From Archangiaceae bacterium (GTDB taxonomy: Bacteria; Myxococcota; Myxococcia; Myxococcales; Myxococcaceae): a DNA stretch of 18,933 nt. The translations under genes and the position numbers were made by a program. The stretch spans positions 1 through 18,933 of the forward strand of contig JAYVCD010000452.1 in NCBI GenBank assembly GCA_043750125.1, written 5' to 3'. Positions 8,501 through 15,086 of this stretch are shown piece after piece (position 1 is the first letter of the stretch; every line of letters begins with the position of its first letter). The notes under the pieces were generated by a model. That model was not told the DNA's origin. It made no database searches and was given only the letters and a program-made list of their open reading frames with translations.

Positions 8501-9301
8501 TTCGCCCATCACGAACCCGTCGGCGCGGGCGTCGAAGGGACGGCAGACGCCGGACGGAGAGATGGCTCCGATGCGGGAGAAGCCGATGAGGTTGTCGGGC
8601 TGCAGGTTCAGGTAAACCCCGCCGGCGAAGGCGACGCTGCACTGTCCCGCGCGCAGGTTGATCACCGCTTCGTGAATCGCGACCAACGCCGAGCTGCAGG
8701 CCGCGTCCATCGACCAGCTGGGGCCGCCGAGATCGAAGGTCTGCGAGATGCTGGCCGCCCCCATGTTCAGCAGCGAGCCGGCGATCGAGAAGGCGCGCAT
8801 CGGGACCACGTCGGCCACCGAGGCCCTCAAGGCTTCGGCTTCAGAGGTGGACAACTTGTCGCCGAACTGTCCGTCGATGGTCTGCTGGGCGCGCACCCGC
8901 GAGATGAGCAGGTCCTTGTGCTCGGAGACCGACGCCCCGACGAAGACGCCGGCGTTGGCGCGGTCGAAGCTCTTCCCGTCGTAGCCCGCGTCCTGAATCG
9001 CCTGCCGCACCGCTTCGATCAACAGCCGATGTTGGGGGTCCATCACCTGTACCCGCCGCGGAGCGAGCCCGTAGTGAAGCGCGGCGAACTCTTTGTAGCC
9101 CTCGACGAAGGCGCCCTTGCGCACGTACGTCTTGTCGGCCGCCCGCAAGTCGGTCGCGTCGAAGAAGCTGGCGTGGTTCCAGCGCTCTTCCGGAATGTCC
9201 TCGAAGGTCACTTCCCCGGTGCGGACGACGCGCCAGAGCGCACTGAGGTCTTTGGCGTGGGGAAACTTGCACGCCATTCCGATGACGGCGATGTCGCTCA
9301 T
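2585..9301 (-). CDS. Type I PKS (KS-AT-ACP-KR-DH) fused to a C-terminal PLP-dependent alpha-oxoamine synthase (serine palmitoyltransferase/AONS family)
   Basis: KS: DAACSS, HGTAT, NIGHT. AT: GHSLG and HAFHS (malonyl type). ACP: LGFDSL. KR: VTGGARGLG, DYASAN. DH: HQMAGQRVLP and DSSFQ. AOS: NFSSYNYVG, DALAHDS, YSMDGD, DEAHS, GTLSKSFA (PLP lysine). Confidence 0.95.
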   Translation of the reverse strand: MSDIAVIGMACKFPHAKDLSALWRVVRTGEVTFEDIPEERWNHASFFDATDLRAADKTYVRKGAFVEGYKEFAALHYGLAPRRVQVMDPQHRLLIEAVRQAIQDAGYDGKSFDRANAGVFVGASVSEHKDLLISRVRAQQTIDGQFGDKLSTSEAEALRASVADVVPMRAFSIAGSLLNMGAASISQTFDLGGPSWSMDAACSSALVAIHEAVINLRAGQCSVAFAGGVYLNLQPDNLIGFSRIGAISPSGVCRPFDARADGFVMGEGVGMVMLKKLEDARRDGDRIWAVIKGSGCNNDGRGDGPMTPRAEGQIAAMGRAHRDLDFPVETIGFVETHGTATTVGDATEVGALKSFFQARAKTPLDEPYCYLSSIKANIGHTMSAAGVAGFIKAALVLHHRTIPPQPSCEELNPSLELESSPFQIAQSELDWKASPKHPRRAAVSSFGFGGTNAHVLLEEAPPVSSSEVEHPQLFCFSAANEDLLRTYAAEVAEQIATLQLSCADVALTLAQRQSFDVRLAIVAQGRAQLIERLEAFVKGEDSGTFGTVLDASARQVAFLFPGQGAQRVGLLRDVVSRFPAVARRLKSLDGAVQHDAGASLLAALYPAEPYDEVEAQALLTRTEVCQPAMAALGLALGQWLKELGVEPTVVLGHSLGEFVASSVAGMLPAEDAVRLVARRGQLMNKLGLKDPGAMLAVMAERTLVEPLLAGLNNVWLANHNHPTQLVLSGHTASIAAAKKKLEANGLKTAQLEVSHAFHSPLMEGVDDGMRRIVARLVLSPPATAIASCISGGLYTSVDEARDIWVDHATAPVDFVSALETVVAQGCKLFIQVGAGNTLLSFARGAAGKDSAFFSLGSAEGGDGGAQLLTTLAQLWVRGVPLNAAALLEGSDARLVMLPPSPLETQTYWGIERPAQRAPRTVAPARPSAPSARPSSFSATKTGAPMDSLVSLFREQMALLTQQGEILKAQAAALQAVASGNPGAAASLAAAQKLPVAIKPPNFSNMVAPKEPRPPVVEDVRPQVEAKILASVARISAFPAAALKMEQALTGELGFDSLMLVELDGDVAKAWPKLGGLPRELFNKTTTIAAVINHIVGALAKPTELTVDSKSTAPISRYVPVALAAPLRPLRESVLSFDRPVLITVDAHGVGKALATRLTARGIEAVLGDATTAGSFAGVIHLADLTPRDNDYRVATRRVLAMANKVGPEARLFLTVAALGGRLSSAGGGREALGQVGALAFTRALAQEWPDAVVKAIDVELALGAEAIAQALFDELVSADRRVEVGYSSGGRVTSELKEARASGPVAAALDAQSVVLVTGGARGLGLKFARALGSKYHCAIVLAGRSAASDETLKACASVKSDGARECSYQVLDARSTKSVNDGVAAVKAAFGKIDAIVHAAGVIADSLVAKKDAAGLDAVLEPKVGGAIALLDATSALKLFVGVGSWAGRFGNAGQTDYASANAMLAALSQRTRPSVRCVTIDFPPWEDSAMAQRIPGFKKREMIEQGVTFLTDEEGLASFLTEVERGTGEVLIGREVTAPSAHHVSKFPVSPKTHVYLDDHQMAGQRVLPLAAAVDHLAAAALDARGGTEGFSIEDFKLLKPVLVNDTLWLSADVAQSAEGQRVTLRQAGTDSYRGLVRAAVDAKELPPVPQLPAYDSLPMSLEEFYSGFTFHGPRLRGIVSIEGLTETGVSGWVKGCRPSDWVKDPLRSAWTVDPLLLDSSFQLAGYWAWVKHQRAGFPLGFKRFTQLHPFGAAPVLCTAVFEAATGDLMRGTLSWTDSSGKLLAVMEGVEAEFKQRDPQFVAAAAAKKAPEAAASEAEAPGREGAADESTYRFDKFPEYTELQERIEMAAAFGLKNPYFSVHEAICGDTTVVNGKSMINFSSYNYVGNSGDPVVSTAAKAAIDTYGTSVSASRVASGEKPLTGELERELARFFGTESSLVFVSGHATNVTVIGHIVGPGDLILHDALAHDSIIGGARLSGAKRRPFPHNDFEALDRALTSLRPHYRRVLVCIEGTYSMDGDIPDLPKFIAVKKKHQALLLVDEAHSAGVIGKTGHGIGEYYDVVRSDVDLWMGTLSKSFASCGGYIAGTTALVEYLKYTTPGFVYSVGISPPNAAAALAALRQLEAHPERVKRLQNNAKLFLKLLKERDIDTGLSKDSAVVPAIVGNSVLCLQLSDALKDRGINVQPILYPAVEEHLARLRFFVSSLHSEEQLKKTADIVSAELKRLTREMEAVA

Positions 9302-10143
9302 GCGTTGAGGATCACGGCGGAAGCCGGGGGCGTCACCGCTGCTTCCGCGACCTTGAGCTTGTCCTTCCAGACGCGGGGCAGGTCGTGGCGCGAGATCTTG
9401 AGCGCCTTGAAGATCGGGCCCCAGACCTCAGAGAGGAACACTCCGCGGTCGATGCCGGCGGTGCGCATCACCTCGACGCGTGACTCGTAGTCGGGGATCA
9501 GCTCGAACGCGGGCATGGTGAAACCGTAGAAGACCGTGGCGATGTCCTTGAGCGTCCCCTCGCGGTCGTCATCGAGAAAGTGTCCGAGGACGATTTCGTA
9601 ATACCGCGCGTGCGCCATTTCGTCTTTGGCGATCAGCTTGTAGATCGACGCCAGCGCGGGCTGGTTCTCGGCCTCGCACAGCGCCTGCTGCTTCTTGTAG
9701 ATGATGAAGGTCGTCATCTCTTGCACCGCGCCGTAGGCGGTCATCTGCCGGCCGGTGTCGAACGGTCGCTTCCATTCCTGCTTCAAGATCCGCTCTTCGT
9801 AATCGAACATCTGATCTTCGGTGCGGTGTCCGCTGCGCACGAGGAACTCGCGCAGCGACAGGGCGTGCTTGCTCTCTTCGTAGCCCCAGTTCACCGCGAA
9901 CCAGCTGCGCGCGAAGTTGTCGCGAAACAGATCGAGGTGCCCTTTGACGTAGTCGGGCAGGTACATCTCGACGCCGCAGAACGTCTCGGTGCACAGCGCC
10001 AGCTTGTCGTTGCGCGGAGCGTTTTTCGCCGCTTCCCAGTCGATGTCGGTGAACGGGTTCCAGCGGCGGGCCCGTTCGGCGTGCTCGAAGAACGTCATGT
10101 ACTCGCGGTGAAACTTTTCGCGCAGGGCTTTCGAGGCGGTCAT
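9298..10143 (-). CDS. Soluble acyl-ACP desaturase (ferritin-like di-iron family)
   Basis: Di-iron motifs WGYEESKH, VQEMTT and KDEMAH match the EExxH / QE / DExxH pattern; FTMP occurs near the C-terminus. The stop overlaps the PKS start (ATGA). Confidence 0.88.
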   Translation of the reverse strand: MTASKALREKFHREYMTFFEHAERARRWNPFTDIDWEAAKNAPRNDKLALCTETFCGVEMYLPDYVKGHLDLFRDNFARSWFAVNWGYEESKHALSLREFLVRSGHRTEDQMFDYEERILKQEWKRPFDTGRQMTAYGAVQEMTTFIIYKKQQALCEAENQPALASIYKLIAKDEMAHARYYEIVLGHFLDDDREGTLKDIATVFYGFTMPAFELIPDYESRVEVMRTAGIDRGVFLSEVWGPIFKALKISRHDLPRVWKDKLKVAEAAVTPPASAVILNA

Positions 10144-10160
10144 GGGGGCGACTCCCGTTT

Positions 10161-10424
10161 TCAGGCGGCGACTTCAGTTCCGGCGGGCACCAGGCGTTTG
10201 ACCAGCGAGGCCAGGTCTCCCAGCGTCTGGACCTTCGCGAGGTCCTCGTCGGGCATCCGGATGTTGAGCTTCTCTTCGAAATAGCTGACCAATTCCATCA
10301 CCGCGACCGAGTCGAGGCCGAGCTTGGAAATCACCGTGTCGCTGGTGAGCTCACCGAGCTTCTTCCCGTTCACTTCGAGGGCCGCCTGCTGAAACATCTG
10401 AAGAACGTTCACCGTCTGCGCCAT
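10161..10424 (-). CDS. Stand-alone acyl carrier protein
   Basis: 87 aa with the phosphopantetheine site LGLDSV and the ACP-like helix pattern ELVSYFEEKLNIRMPDEDL. Confidence 0.95.
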   Translation of the reverse strand: MAQTVNVLQMFQQAALEVNGKKLGELTSDTVISKLGLDSVAVMELVSYFEEKLNIRMPDEDLAKVQTLGDLASLVKRLVPAGTEVAA

Positions 10425-10453
10425 GGGGGTCTGTGTTCCTGTGAATGAAGAAA

Positions 10454-12337
10454 TTAGAAAAACCTGCCGACCAGCGAACGCGCGTAACGACCGGCGAGGC
10501 CGAGCTTGAGGACGGCGTCGGCGGTGGTGCGGATTTCCAGCGCGTGCCGAAGGACTTTTCTCGCCCGGTGCCGGCTGCGGCCGACCAGCGAGAGCGCGAC
10601 GTGCTTGGCGAGCACCGCTTTCTGGGACTTCCCGAGCGAGCGGCTGCCTTCCTTGCCCAGCGTCTTGTCGAGGTACTGCAGCCGGGTCTTGGCGCGCTGC
10701 AGCTTTCCGCTCGAGGTCTTCGGCAGGCTGCCGGGCGCCGCGATCACCACTTCATTCACCGCCAGCTGCAGCAGCTCGCTCATCCGCTGCTTCACCGTTT
10801 CTTTGAGCTTCTCGGGGTCCTGGGTGCGCGACTCGACCGCGACGATCAGCTCTTCGCTGTTGGCGCCGGGAATCGAGAAAGCCACGGTGCTGCCCTTGCG
10901 GACTTCAGGCACTTCGTCGGCAATCCACTCGATGCGCTGCGGTTCCCAATTGCGGCCGTTGATGATGATCAGGTCCTTCTTTCGACCGGTGATGTAGACG
11001 TTTCCGCTGACGAGGTAGCCCAGGTCTCCGGTGCGCAGCCAGCCGCCGCCGAACGTCTTCTCGGTCGCGGCGGGGTCACGGAAGTACCCCTTGGCGATCG
11101 ACGGGCCCTTGACCCACAGCTCGCCGACCCGGCGGTCTTTGAGCCGCTTCCCGTCGTCATCGAACACTGCGACTTCGTGACCCGGGAAGGTCTTGCCGAC
11201 GCTGACGAACTCGACCGCGGTTTGCGATTTGAGCGAATCGACGTGGGCCGGCTCGGCGCGGCGATCGGTCTGAAGGGGATCTTTTTCGACCACGTCGGTC
11301 GACAAATCTTCGGTCAGCGGAATGAAGGAAATCGCCAGCGTCGCTTCGGCCATTCCGTAGCAGGGCAGCAGCGACGACGGTTTGAGGCCGGCTTTCGAGA
11401 AAGTCTCGACGAACGCCTTCATCGTCGCGGGGTTGATCGGCTCGGCTCCGCAGCCGAAGGCTTTCATCGACGAGAGGTCCCAGCGGGCGAGGGCTTCGGG
11501 CTTGGCGCGCTTGGTCGCCAGCGCGTAGGCGAAGTTCGGAGCGAAGCTGATCGTCCCCCGCTTCTTGCTGATCGTATCGAGCCAGATGGTCGCGTTGCGC
11601 ACGAAGGCCATCGTCGGAATGAAGGTGCAGGCGATGCGGTGAAACAGCGGGGCGATGACGAAGCCGATCAGCCCCATGTCGTGGTACAGCGGGAGCCAAC
11701 TGACGCCGTGGTCTACGTCGGTGTCGGTGTTGAGCCCGTCGCGCATGATCGCCCACGCATTGGCGCGAAGCGAGCCGTGGGTGACTTCGACACCTTTGGG
11801 AGCCGAGGTGCTGCCGGACGTGAATTGCAAGAACGCCAGGTCTTCGGCAGTGACGGTCGCGGGCCGCTGATCCGCGTCGGCCGGAGGGTCGGTGCGCAGC
11901 GTCTCGGCGGTGATGACGCCCTGAAGGGATTTCACTTTCGCCGCGCCGCTCCACAGCACCGACTCGAGCTTGGCGTTGGTGGCCAGGTAGGTCGGCTCGG
12001 CCTTGGTCATGATCGAGACCAGCGCCTCGATGTAGGCGTCGAGCTTGCCCAGGGACAGCGGAGGGTAGAGAGGAACCGGTACGATTCCGGCCCACACCGC
12101 TCCGAAAAATGTCGGCACGAAGTCCTCGCCGTCGGGCATCACCATCGCCAGGCGGTCGCCTTTCTTCATTCCCTTGCTGCGCAGCCAGGCGCCCCGTCGC
12201 ATCGCCTCAGTCCGAAGCGCATCAAACGAGTAGTGAACGTCGGAGCCTTCCCGGCCCAAAAACGTGAAGCCCTTCTCAGTGAGACCCTGGTTGGCGTCCA
12301 GCGCTGCGATCAAGGTGGGGAAGTCGAAGATCTCCAT
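10454..12337 (-). CDS. Fatty acyl-AMP ligase (FAAL; acyl-ACP synthetase)
   Basis: LQFTSGSTSAPKGV, SWLPLYHDMGL, PCYGMAEATL followed by the FAAL-type insertion, WLRTGDLG and PKTSSGK. I place the start at Met50 of the track ORF (12337) because the upstream in-frame part is AT-rich and looks non-coding. Confidence 0.92.
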   Translation of the reverse strand: MEIFDFPTLIAALDANQGLTEKGFTFLGREGSDVHYSFDALRTEAMRRGAWLRSKGMKKGDRLAMVMPDGEDFVPTFFGAVWAGIVPVPLYPPLSLGKLDAYIEALVSIMTKAEPTYLATNAKLESVLWSGAAKVKSLQGVITAETLRTDPPADADQRPATVTAEDLAFLQFTSGSTSAPKGVEVTHGSLRANAWAIMRDGLNTDTDVDHGVSWLPLYHDMGLIGFVIAPLFHRIACTFIPTMAFVRNATIWLDTISKKRGTISFAPNFAYALATKRAKPEALARWDLSSMKAFGCGAEPINPATMKAFVETFSKAGLKPSSLLPCYGMAEATLAISFIPLTEDLSTDVVEKDPLQTDRRAEPAHVDSLKSQTAVEFVSVGKTFPGHEVAVFDDDGKRLKDRRVGELWVKGPSIAKGYFRDPAATEKTFGGGWLRTGDLGYLVSGNVYITGRKKDLIIINGRNWEPQRIEWIADEVPEVRKGSTVAFSIPGANSEELIVAVESRTQDPEKLKETVKQRMSELLQLAVNEVVIAAPGSLPKTSSGKLQRAKTRLQYLDKTLGKEGSRSLGKSQKAVLAKHVALSLVGRSRHRARKVLRHALEIRTTADAVLKLGLAGRYARSLVGRFF

Positions 12338-12429
12338 TTCGTGGGAATACGTTGGAAGGGGAAAAGGGGTCAACAGCGGACCTGCATCGCCCGAGGTCGC
12401 CGAAACGGGTGCGAAGCGAGGCACAGGAC

Positions 12430-12457
12430 AAAATAGTAAGTATTGGCAGTATGTTAA
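12430..12457 (-). promoter_or_regulatory. Candidate sigma70-type promoter for the FAAL-PKS operon
   Basis: TTAACA-N16-TATTTT on the minus strand, inside the AT-rich divergent intergenic region 12338-12679. Weak match. Confidence 0.3.
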
Positions 12458-12642
12458 AGTCGAATATCGCGCCTTATGACGCACGCAATACGCAGCACGG
12501 TGAGCCGATTGTTGCTCACAATAGCGAATCGGGTTCTGCCCCGTGCCTTGGGGCGTTTCCGGTTGGCCCGGTGCCCCTTTCGAACCCTGAATTCAACTTA
12601 CTGTATTTGTTCAACTTTAAAGTGCGCATAAAACTGCTCAGT

Positions 12643-12671
12643 TTGACACCCTTGGAGCGCTTCCCTACAAG
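12643..12671 (+). promoter_or_regulatory. sigma70-type promoter, probably giving a leaderless transcript
   Basis: Perfect TTGACA (12643-12648), 17-bp spacer, TACAAG (12666-12671). The ATG at 12680 follows after 8 nt with no Shine-Dalgarno sequence. Confidence 0.65.
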
Positions 12672-12679
12672 GCCGCGCA

Positions 12680-13876
12680 ATGCAAACCGAGCCGACCGGA
12701 GCTTCCGTGATCTCTCCCCCTCCGTCTGACGTGGTGATCAGCCGGGTCGAGACCGCCGAACAGAAGAAGCAGTTCATCCTCTTCCAGTACGAGGTCTACA
12801 AGAACGACCCGCACTTCGTCCCGCCGCTGCTGATGGATCGCGAGATGTTCTTCAACGAGAAGAAGAACCCGTGGTTCGAGTTCGGAAAAACGGATCTGTT
12901 TCTCGCGCGCCGCAACGGGAAGATCGTCGGCCGGGTCGCAGCGATCGAAGACCCCCGCTACAACGATTTTCACCAGACGAAGATCGGCTGGTTCGGAATG
13001 TTCGAATGCATCGATGACGTGGCGGTGGCCCGGGCCCTGCTGCAGACCTGCGAAGTCTGGGTCCAGGCACGCGGGCTGACCCAGATGCTCGGGCCGGCCA
13101 ACTTCTCCAGCAACAGTGAGTGGAGCACGCTGATTGACGGCTTCGACGCCGACGCGGTGCTGATGACCACCTACAACCCGAAGTACTACCCGGCGCTGAT
13201 CGAAGCGTGCGGGTACACCAAGGCGAAGGACCTGTGGGCGTTCTGGCTCGACTTGAAGACCCCTCCGCCCGAGCGGGTGGCGCGCATCGCCGAGAAGGTC
13301 CGCGCCCGGGAAGGAATCGTCATTCGCAAAGCGAACATGAAGGACTGGGACAACGAGGTGCGGAAGATCAAAGAGATCTACAACGCGGCCTGGGAAAAGA
13401 ACTGGGGCTTCGTGCCGATGACCGATCGCGAATTCGATCACCTCGCGAAGGACCTGAAGATGATCCTCATTCCCGAATTGACGCTGCTCGCCGAAGTGAA
13501 AGGGGAGGCGGTGGCCTTCGCGATCACGCTCCCCGACGCGAACCAGGCGATCAAGCTCGCCAACGGGAAGCTGACCACCTTCGGCCTGCCGATTGGCCTG
13601 GCGAAGATGCTGCTGAAGCTCAAGAAGATCAAAACCGGGCGGCTGGCGATCCTGGGAATCAAGACCGGCTTTCGCAAACGCGGCCTCGACTCGGTGCTGA
13701 TGCTCGACACCTTCCTCGCGGCCCAGAAGCTCGGCTGGACCGGGGGCGAAATCTCCTGGACCCTCGAAGACAATTCTCTCGTCAACCGCGCGATCGAGAT
13801 CTTCGGCGCCAAGAAGTACAAAACGTACCGGGTGTACGGCAAGCCGCTGGTCGCGCAGGTCGCGCTCAAAAACTGA
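12680..13876 (+). CDS. GNAT-fold N-acyltransferase, YghO / bacterial ceramide synthase (bCerS)-like, copy 1
   Basis: VGRVAAI, GWFGMFECIDD, GPANFSSN, LIDGFD, YNPKYY, KAKDLWA, IYNAAWEKNWGFVP, FRKRGLD and EISWTLEDN follow the motif series of this family. Confidence 0.85.
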   Translation: MQTEPTGASVISPPPSDVVISRVETAEQKKQFILFQYEVYKNDPHFVPPLLMDREMFFNEKKNPWFEFGKTDLFLARRNGKIVGRVAAIEDPRYNDFHQTKIGWFGMFECIDDVAVARALLQTCEVWVQARGLTQMLGPANFSSNSEWSTLIDGFDADAVLMTTYNPKYYPALIEACGYTKAKDLWAFWLDLKTPPPERVARIAEKVRAREGIVIRKANMKDWDNEVRKIKEIYNAAWEKNWGFVPMTDREFDHLAKDLKMILIPELTLLAEVKGEAVAFAITLPDANQAIKLANGKLTTFGLPIGLAKMLLKLKKIKTGRLAILGIKTGFRKRGLDSVLMLDTFLAAQKLGWTGGEISWTLEDNSLVNRAIEIFGAKKYKTYRVYGKPLVAQVALKN

Positions 13877-15066
13877 TGGCCGTCGCAGCGAAGCGGGGGA
13901 CGGACGCGCCGCCGCGGTATGCGGTGCGGGCCCCGGACGTGACCATCGAAGAAGTGGTCAATGCGCATCAGCGCGACGAGTTTTCGCGCTTTCCCCTCGA
14001 GCTCTACGCGGGCGACACCCGGTTCGTCCCTCCGATCGTGGCCGAGCGGCGCGAGTTCATCGACCCGACGATCAACCCCTTCTTCCAGCACGCCCGGGGA
14101 GCCTTCTTTCTCGCGCGCCGCAACGGGAAGGTCGTCGGTCGAATCGCAGCGGTGAACGATTCCCGGTACAACAATTTCCACGACAGCGACGTGGGCTTCT
14201 TCGGAATGTTCGAGTCGCTCAATGATCCAGGAATCGCCGCGGCGCTGTTCGAGACCGCCGCCCGGTGGATTCGTCTCAGTGGGCCGCAGATGATGATCGG
14301 CCCGCTCAACCTTTCCTTCCATCACGACATCGGCTGCCTGGTCGACGGGTTCGACCGTTCGCCCTCGATGATGATGCCGTACAACCCGCGCTACTACGCG
14401 AAGCTGTTCGAGGTGAACGGCTTCACCAAGTGCAAGGACCTCTGGAGCTACGAGCTGCTCGCCAGTGAGCCGCTGCCCGAGAAGGTCGCCCGCTTCGCCG
14501 AGCGGGTGCGCACCGCGGGCGGAATCACCATTCGTCGCATCGACCTTCGAGACGAAACGAACGAACGGCGGCGAATCAAGAACATCTACGACTCGATGCT
14601 CAAGCCCGGGTGGGGGTTTGCTCCGATTTCCGACGTCGAGTTCGACGCGGCGGTCAGTCGCCTGCGGCCGTTGATCGCGCTGCGGCCCGAGCTGTGCCTG
14701 GTCGCGGAAGCCAATGGAGAAGCGGTCGGCTTCGGGATTACCGTCCCGGACACCAACCTCGCGCAGAAGACCACCGGCGGGTATTTGTCGCGCTTTGGAC
14801 TTCCCGTCGGGCTGGCCAAGATGCTCTGGGCGGCGCGGAAGATCGACCGGCTGCGGGTGCTGATGTTCGGAATCAAGCAGGGCTGGCGACGGCGGGGAAT
14901 CGACGCGCTGCTCGCCGTTGAGACGATGCAGCAGGCGCGGAAGCTGGGTTACGTCGCGGGCGAGTTGGGGTGGGCGGCGGAAGACGACAAGCTGATCAAC
15001 CGCACCATCCAGGCCACCGGCGCCCGGCGGATCAAGACGTACCGGATTTTCGAGCGCGCGATCTGA
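13876..15066 (+). CDS. GNAT-fold N-acyltransferase, YghO / bCerS-like, copy 2 (396 aa)
   Basis: Collinear with copy 1 (VGRIAAV, GFFGMFES, YNPRYY, KCKDLWSY, WGFAP, WRRRGID). The likely start is ATG 13876, overlapping the upstream stop (TGATG), rather than 13207. Confidence 0.85.
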   Translation: MAVAAKRGTDAPPRYAVRAPDVTIEEVVNAHQRDEFSRFPLELYAGDTRFVPPIVAERREFIDPTINPFFQHARGAFFLARRNGKVVGRIAAVNDSRYNNFHDSDVGFFGMFESLNDPGIAAALFETAARWIRLSGPQMMIGPLNLSFHHDIGCLVDGFDRSPSMMMPYNPRYYAKLFEVNGFTKCKDLWSYELLASEPLPEKVARFAERVRTAGGITIRRIDLRDETNERRRIKNIYDSMLKPGWGFAPISDVEFDAAVSRLRPLIALRPELCLVAEANGEAVGFGITVPDTNLAQKTTGGYLSRFGLPVGLAKMLWAARKIDRLRVLMFGIKQGWRRRGIDALLAVETMQQARKLGYVAGELGWAAEDDKLINRTIQATGARRIKTYRIFERAI

Positions 15067-15086
15067 AGCTCTGTCATTAGGGCTTC

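Noticed and set aside
2585-9301. PUFA synthase (pfaA) or enediyne PKS assignment
   Set aside because: The domain order is similar, but there is a single ACP, no pfaBC/pfaD or thioesterase partner, and a terminal AOS domain.
1681-12436. Long plus-strand ORFs (1681-2682, 2912-4648, 4667-5899, 8105-9490, 10445-12436 and others)
   Set aside because: Antisense shadows of well-supported minus-strand genes, expected at high GC, with no motifs.
12338-12484. N-terminal 49 codons of the FAAL ORF
   Set aside because: Falls in the AT-rich promoter region with atypical codons; Met at 12337 fits normal FAAL length.
13207-13875. 223-aa N-terminal extension of the second GNAT ORF
   Set aside because: It overlaps copy 1 out of frame and has Arg/Gly/Pro-rich junk composition. 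Homology begins after ATG 13876.
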